A stretch of DNA of 32,000 nt from Mycolicibacterium smegmatis (lineage in GTDB: Bacteria; Actinomycetota; Actinomycetes; Mycobacteriales; Mycobacteriaceae). Under the pieces are notes generated by a model. It made no database searches, was not told where the DNA came from, and saw only the letters and a list, made by a program, of their open reading frames with translations. Position numbers and translations under genes: made by a program. Shown piece after piece: positions 28,065 through 32,000 of the stretch. Position 1 is the stretch's first letter. Each line of letters opens with the position of its first letter. The DNA lies in the NCBI RefSeq assembly GCF_001457595.1, contig NZ_LN831039.1, positions 2,370,001-2,402,000 of the forward strand, written 5' to 3'.

Positions 28065-28682
28065 TCAAGGCTGCCAGATCTGCAGCAGTTGGTCGGTGGA
28101 GGTGACGGTGGCCAACAGCGACAGGGTGTTGTCGATGACGGCGTCGGCATAGTCGGTCGGCACACCCGCGACCGCGTCGCGCGGCAGCACCACGTGATAG
28201 CCCGCGTTGACCGCGTCCATCACCAGGTTGGTGATCGCCACGTTGACCGAGACCCCGACCGCGACGATCGTGGTCACGCCGAGGTTGCGCAAGACTGCGT
28301 CGAGGTCGGTACCGCCCATCGGTCCCAGGCCGTGCCATCGCGTGAGCACGAGATCCCCTGCCTCGGGCCCCAGTTCGGGCAGCAGCGCGGCACCGGGGGT
28401 GCCAGGTGCGATCGCGACGTCGTTGCGGCCGATTGCGAAGATCTTCGCGTTGCGGTTGGAGCCCAGGCCGTCCGGCCTGCGCTGGACCAGGCAGTGCACC
28501 ACGTGCACAGAGGCCGCGCGGGCGGCGGGCAACAGCCGCTTGATGTTCGGTAGGGCGACACGCTGCGCCTCGTCGGCGAGTGCCCGCAGACCGGCGTCGG
28601 GACCGATGACCGCACCCTGGCACTCCTGGGTGACCACCGCGGTGCGGCCGGGTGTCACCAACTCGCGCACATCGATCCTCAT
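28065..28682 (-). CDS. Isochorismatase/cysteine-hydrolase-fold protein, canonical triad not conserved
   Basis: TAVVTQECQGAVIG, LTRWHGLGPMGGTDLDAVLRNLGV, AVGVSVNVAITNLVMDAVNAGYHVVLPRDAVAG. ATG 28682 overlaps the Rieske TGA (ATGA). Confidence 0.85.
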   Translation of the reverse strand: MRIDVRELVTPGRTAVVTQECQGAVIGPDAGLRALADEAQRVALPNIKRLLPAARAASVHVVHCLVQRRPDGLGSNRNAKIFAIGRNDVAIAPGTPGAALLPELGPEAGDLVLTRWHGLGPMGGTDLDAVLRNLGVTTIVAVGVSVNVAITNLVMDAVNAGYHVVLPRDAVAGVPTDYADAVIDNTLSLLATVTSTDQLLQIWQP

Positions 28683-29695
28683 CCGCGGGGCAGCGCCGTC
28701 TCGACGGGAGGTACCTCGTAGAACTGCGTGGCCCATTTGCGCATGGCCATATAGGGTTTGGCGTCGATCTTGGCGAGCGCCGGATGCTCGACGTACTTCT
28801 GGTAGCGCCAGATGTCGCAGTCCTCCCACACGGTTTTGAGGAACTGCTTCTCGACCTTGGCCCGGACGTGTTCGGGCGGGATGTCGGAGGCACCACCGGG
28901 TTCTTTGGGCCACCAGATCGAATAGAACATGTCCGACACCTCATCGTCGACGGGGGTGCACGCGAAGATCAGGCGGTGGTTGGAGGAGCCCTCGAACGCG
29001 CTCATGGAGAAACCCAACCCGGAGAAGTGGCTGTGGATGCGCAGGGCCATCTTGTTCGGGTCGTCGCTGCGGGCGTCGGGCCACCCGGTCAGGAAGCGCC
29101 ACTCCTCGTCCACGTGTTCCCAGTGCAGGCACACCGGGGTGACCGTCGCGCCGTGCACGTAGCGGAAATGCGAGCTGTCCGGCCCGTTCTCGGCCACGAT
29201 CTGCGGATGCACCGGGATGGCGTCGGCCCGGCTGGAGAACTCCGGGTAGGGCCGGTAGTAGGCGTTCGGGTCGGTGTTGAACTGCGGGAACTTGTGAAAG
29301 ATGTCGGGCAGTTCCCACTGCGGCTCTTTGCCGTGCGGCTGGTACCACATGAAGATGCAGCCGTACTGCTCCTGAACGGGGTATGACCGCAAGCGCAGGC
29401 CCCGGTTCGGCTTGTCCGGCTGATAGGGGATGTAGGTGTTGGTGCCCTCGGGGCCCCACCGCCAGCCGTGGAACGGGCACTCGATGCACTCACCGACGAC
29501 CTTGCCTCCGTGACCGATGTGCGCGCCCAGGTGCTTGCAGTGCGCCTCCAGCACGTGCAGATGCCCGGACTCGTCGCGGTAGGCCGCGAGATCCTCGCCG
29601 AAGTACTTGAGTGCCTTGACCTCACCGACCGGGTATTCCGCCGACCACCCGATCATGAACCATCCGGTGACCTTCCAGGTGAACGGCACCTTCAT
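28679..29695 (-). CDS. Rieske [2Fe-2S] non-heme iron oxygenase, 3-ketosteroid-9alpha-hydroxylase (KshA)-like
   Basis: HCKHLGAHIGHGGKVVGECIECPFHGWRW Rieske motif (CxH...CxxH) and AENGPDSSHFRYVHGA iron-binding motif. Confidence 0.93.
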   Translation of the reverse strand: MKVPFTWKVTGWFMIGWSAEYPVGEVKALKYFGEDLAAYRDESGHLHVLEAHCKHLGAHIGHGGKVVGECIECPFHGWRWGPEGTNTYIPYQPDKPNRGLRLRSYPVQEQYGCIFMWYQPHGKEPQWELPDIFHKFPQFNTDPNAYYRPYPEFSSRADAIPVHPQIVAENGPDSSHFRYVHGATVTPVCLHWEHVDEEWRFLTGWPDARSDDPNKMALRIHSHFSGLGFSMSAFEGSSNHRLIFACTPVDDEVSDMFYSIWWPKEPGGASDIPPEHVRAKVEKQFLKTVWEDCDIWRYQKYVEHPALAKIDAKPYMAMRKWATQFYEVPPVETALPRG

Positions 29696-29724
29696 GATCA
29701 CTGCCTCCTGCGACTCCCGGCACT

Positions 29725-29755
29725 TACGGAAGAAGTTACAGTAGCGATTACCGCA
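29725..29755. promoter_or_regulatory. Operator site G: three units at 12-nt spacing
   Basis: TACGGAA-GAAGT-TACAGTA-GCGAT-TACCGCA, upstream of the Rieske gene start 29695. Confidence 0.65.
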
Positions 29756-29775
29756 CCGGGAAGGGTTGTGCCTTT

Positions 29776-29845
29776 TCACCGCGAGCAGACGCAAAGCTGT
29801 CGGTTTCTGGGCGCGAACCCGCAGGTATGCGGTCTGCTCGGTGAG
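29776..29845. repeat. Dispersed intergenic inverted repeat, copy 3 (degenerate)
   Basis: Arms TCACCGCGAGCAGACGC (29776 on) and GGTCTGCTCGGTGAG (29831-29845). Confidence 0.65.
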
Positions 29846-29891
29846 GAAAGTTAGGGGTGGCGATGTTCCGTACGCGAGGAGAAGCGGGCCG

Positions 29892-29910
29892 TACGGTATA
29901 CATTTCGGTA
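29892..29910. promoter_or_regulatory. Operator site H
   Basis: TACGGTA-TACAT-TTCGGTA, 16 nt upstream of ATG 29927. Confidence 0.5.
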
Positions 29911-29926
29911 ACCGGAAGAGGAGACC

Positions 29927-30373
29927 ATGTCTGACGATCTCGAGGCCATCAAACGGCTCAAGGCACGGTACTGCCGACTGTTGGACACCAAGGACATCGA
30001 GGCGTGGCGCACATTGTTCGCCGACGACGTCGTCGTCACCCTGGACATGGCGGTGTCGACAGGAGGCGCCGATCCCCAGACCGCACCGCCCCTACATGGG
30101 TTCGACGAATTCCTCCCGGTGGTGTGGGGTGGCGTCGAGCATGCGGCGACGGTGCACCACTGCCACACCCCGGAGATCGACCTCACCTCCGGTACGACGG
30201 CATCGGGCATCTGGGCGATGGAGGACATGCTGTTCTTCCCCGACGGCAGCGAGTTACACGGCGCGGGCCACTACCACGAGACCTACGAAAAACGTGACAG
30301 CACATGGGTGATCACCAGCCTGCACCTGACCCGGACGCTCCTGAAGTTCAAAGCTGCCCAGCGCGACACCTGA
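29927..30373 (+). CDS. SnoaL-like / NTF2-fold protein
   Basis: EAIKRLKARYCRLLDTKDIEAWRTLFADDVVV...HHCHTPEIDL...GAGHYHETYEKRDSTWVITSLHLTRT. Confidence 0.88.
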   Translation: MSDDLEAIKRLKARYCRLLDTKDIEAWRTLFADDVVVTLDMAVSTGGADPQTAPPLHGFDEFLPVVWGGVEHAATVHHCHTPEIDLTSGTTASGIWAMEDMLFFPDGSELHGAGHYHETYEKRDSTWVITSLHLTRTLLKFKAAQRDT

Positions 30374-30375
30374 AA

Positions 30376-31038
30376 TCAGCTGAGAAATACCGGAACCCGC
30401 GCATCACTCGTGACAAGGTCCGCCTCTTCCGCAGGTGTCGGCGGCCGGCGTCCGGTGCCGACCAGAAGCGCGTCGGCATCAGGCCACGAGGCGGGAAGTG
30501 GTGAGCCCGCTATCGATTCCAACAGCTTTCGGGAGAAGGCCAGCCCTTCGGCCGGCGGCGGCGCCGTGTCGGGAAGGTGCGCGATCAGGTCGAGATGGTG
30601 CAGCGTCCACTCGAGCACGTAGGCGCCGAGATAGTCGCGGACCGTCAGCACCTGACCTCGAGTGCCGACCCGCGCCTCGGGGTCGGCGAGTGCGGCGGCC
30701 CGTCCGGCTGCCGAGCCGACGTCGTCGAGATGGAACTTCAGCAACGACGGGTCACCGTAGGCCGCCGCGAGCCGCACGGTCAGCGCGCTGAGTGGGTCCA
30801 CCGGGTCGTCGGGGGGCAGTGCCTCGGCGACCTCCCAATAGGTCACGGCATTCCGCGTGGGCGGCGAGTCGTCGGGCGTGGCGAGGGTGATGAGGACGTC
30901 CTGAGCGTCGATGATCAGGTGGCACACCAGGTCACGGATCAGCCAGCCTGCACAGCCGGACGGCCTGTCGAACTGTTGATCGTCGAGGCCGGCGACAGCC
31001 GCACGCAGCGCCGCCCAACAACCGCCGAACCGATCCAC
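30376..31038 (-). CDS. Mycothiol-dependent maleylpyruvate isomerase family / DinB-like protein
   Basis: LDDQQFDRPSGCAGWLIRDLVCHLIIDAQDVL and VLEWTLHHLDLIAHL, typical of actinobacterial MDMPI-domain proteins. Confidence 0.78.
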   Translation of the reverse strand: MDRFGGCWAALRAAVAGLDDQQFDRPSGCAGWLIRDLVCHLIIDAQDVLITLATPDDSPPTRNAVTYWEVAEALPPDDPVDPLSALTVRLAAAYGDPSLLKFHLDDVGSAAGRAAALADPEARVGTRGQVLTVRDYLGAYVLEWTLHHLDLIAHLPDTAPPPAEGLAFSRKLLESIAGSPLPASWPDADALLVGTGRRPPTPAEEADLVTSDARVPVFLS

Positions 31039-31130
31039 ACTCCGAACGTAGCAGCGGGTCCATGGTGTACTCCATCGTCACGCTGCCCACGCGTGCCCGG
31101 AACCGATGTTTTCACCGATTCAGCCAGTCG

Positions 31131-31149
31131 TACTGTAAACGCTACCGTA
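31131..31149. promoter_or_regulatory. Operator site I
   Basis: TACTGTA-AACGC-TACCGTA; both units match perfectly. Lies between the divergent MDMPI-like gene and the epimerase. Confidence 0.65.
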
Positions 31150-31187
31150 GCATCCGTTGCTGACCGGCCCGAGCGGATGGAGCAGCA

Positions 31188-32000
31188 ATGGATCGTCGTC
31201 GCAAGGTGCTCGTGATGGGTGCGAGCGGCAACGTCGGCGCCTGCGTCACCCGGCAACTCGTCGAACGCGGCGACGACGTGCGTGTGCTGCTGCGCCGCAA
31301 CAGCTCGACCAAGGGCATCGACGGGCTCGACGTCGAGCGCCACTACGGCGACATCTTCGACACCGGCGCGGTGGCCGCGGCGGTGGCCGACCGCGACGTG
31401 GTGTTCTACTGCGTCGTCGACACCCGCGCGCATCTTGCCGCCCCCGCGCCGTTGTTCAGGACCAACGTCGAGGGACTGCGCAACGTCCTCGAGGTCGCCG
31501 ACCATGTCGACCTCCACCGCTTCGTCTTCCTCAGCACCATCGGGACCATCGCGGTGGGACGCAACGGTGAAGCCGTCGACGAGGACACCCCGTTCAACTG
31601 GGCAGGCATCGGCGGGCCCTACATCGAATCACGCCGCAAGGCAGAGGAACTGGTGTTGTCCTACGCCGCGGAACGCGGGTTCCCGGCGGTGGTGATGAAC
31701 GTGTCCAACCCCTACGGGCCGCCGGACTGGCAGCCACGGCAGGGTGCGCTGGTCGCGATGGCGGCCTTCGGGAAGTTGCCCGTGTACATCCGTGGTGTCG
31801 GAGCCGAGGTGGTCGGGATCGATGACGCGGCCCGCGCGCTGATCCTCGCGGCCGAACACGGCCGGATCGGCGAACGCTACATCGTCTCGGAACGCTACAT
31901 GTCCCAGCAGGAGATGCTCACGGTCGCGGCCGAGGCGGTCGGCGCGCGGCCACCCAGAATCGGAATCCCGATGGCCGCGGTGTATGCGTTCGGATCTTTG
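31188..32000 (+). CDS. NAD-dependent epimerase/dehydratase family protein (extended SDR), runs off right edge
   Basis: MDRRRKVLVMGASGNVGACVTRQLVERGDDVRVLLRR...DRDVVFYCVVDTRAHL...TNVEGLRNVLEVA...FLSTIGT...YIESRRKAEELVL...NVSNPYGPPD. Absent from the ORF track because it is open at the edge. Confidence 0.88.
   Translation, partial: MDRRRKVLVMGASGNVGACVTRQLVERGDDVRVLLRRNSSTKGIDGLDVERHYGDIFDTGAVAAAVADRDVVFYCVVDTRAHLAAPAPLFRTNVEGLRNVLEVADHVDLHRFVFLSTIGTIAVGRNGEAVDEDTPFNWAGIGGPYIESRRKAEELVLSYAAERGFPAVVMNVSNPYGPPDWQPRQGALVAMAAFGKLPVYIRGVGAEVVGIDDAARALILAAEHGRIGERYIVSERYMSQQEMLTVAAEAVGARPPRIGIPMAAVYAFGSL

Noticed and set aside
28679-29695. Naming the Rieske gene kshA and the cluster a cholesterol pathway
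   Set aside because: Rieske similarity is only by motif and general resemblance. No KstR/KstR2-like operators, HsaC-type dioxygenase, KshB or mce genes are present in the window.
1-32000. CRISPR arrays, tRNA/rRNA genes, IS elements, phage genes, restriction or defence systems
   Set aside because: None seen. The only repeated DNA recognised was the dispersed inverted repeats, the operator units and one short duplicated block in the 24750-24921 leader; all strong ORFs are metabolic or regulatory.

Overview
High-GC actinobacterial (Mycobacterium-like) chromosome segment with about 24 protein genes, almost all catabolic. It holds three to four acyl-CoA synthetases, six crotonase/enoyl-CoA hydratase paralogues, two thiolases, two acyl-CoA dehydrogenases, three COG2159-type amidohydrolases, two aldehyde dehydrogenases, an SDR, a cytochrome P450, a KshA-like Rieske oxygenase, a single-gene molybdopterin/4Fe-4S oxidoreductase, a SnoaL-like protein, an isochorismatase-fold protein lacking the catalytic triad, and two closely related TetR regulators. 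No rRNA, tRNA, CRISPR array, transposase or phage gene was seen. The most interesting signal is non-coding. A 19-bp palindrome, TACNGTA-N5-TACNGTA (best copies TACCGTAAAGGTTACAGTA, TACTGTAAACGCTACCGTA), is found upstream of most transcription units. Its 7-nt units are always spaced by exactly 12 nt, and some sites have three units. The unit nearest the gene also fits a mycobacterial -10 (TANNNT). This suggests a previously undescribed TetR regulon tying the whole island together, probably for degradation of a polycyclic, terpenoid or steroid-like, or alicyclic substrate. A dispersed intergenic inverted repeat (GCGAGCAGACGC...) also occurs three times. Everything is read from the sequence and remembered family motifs. 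No database searches were run.
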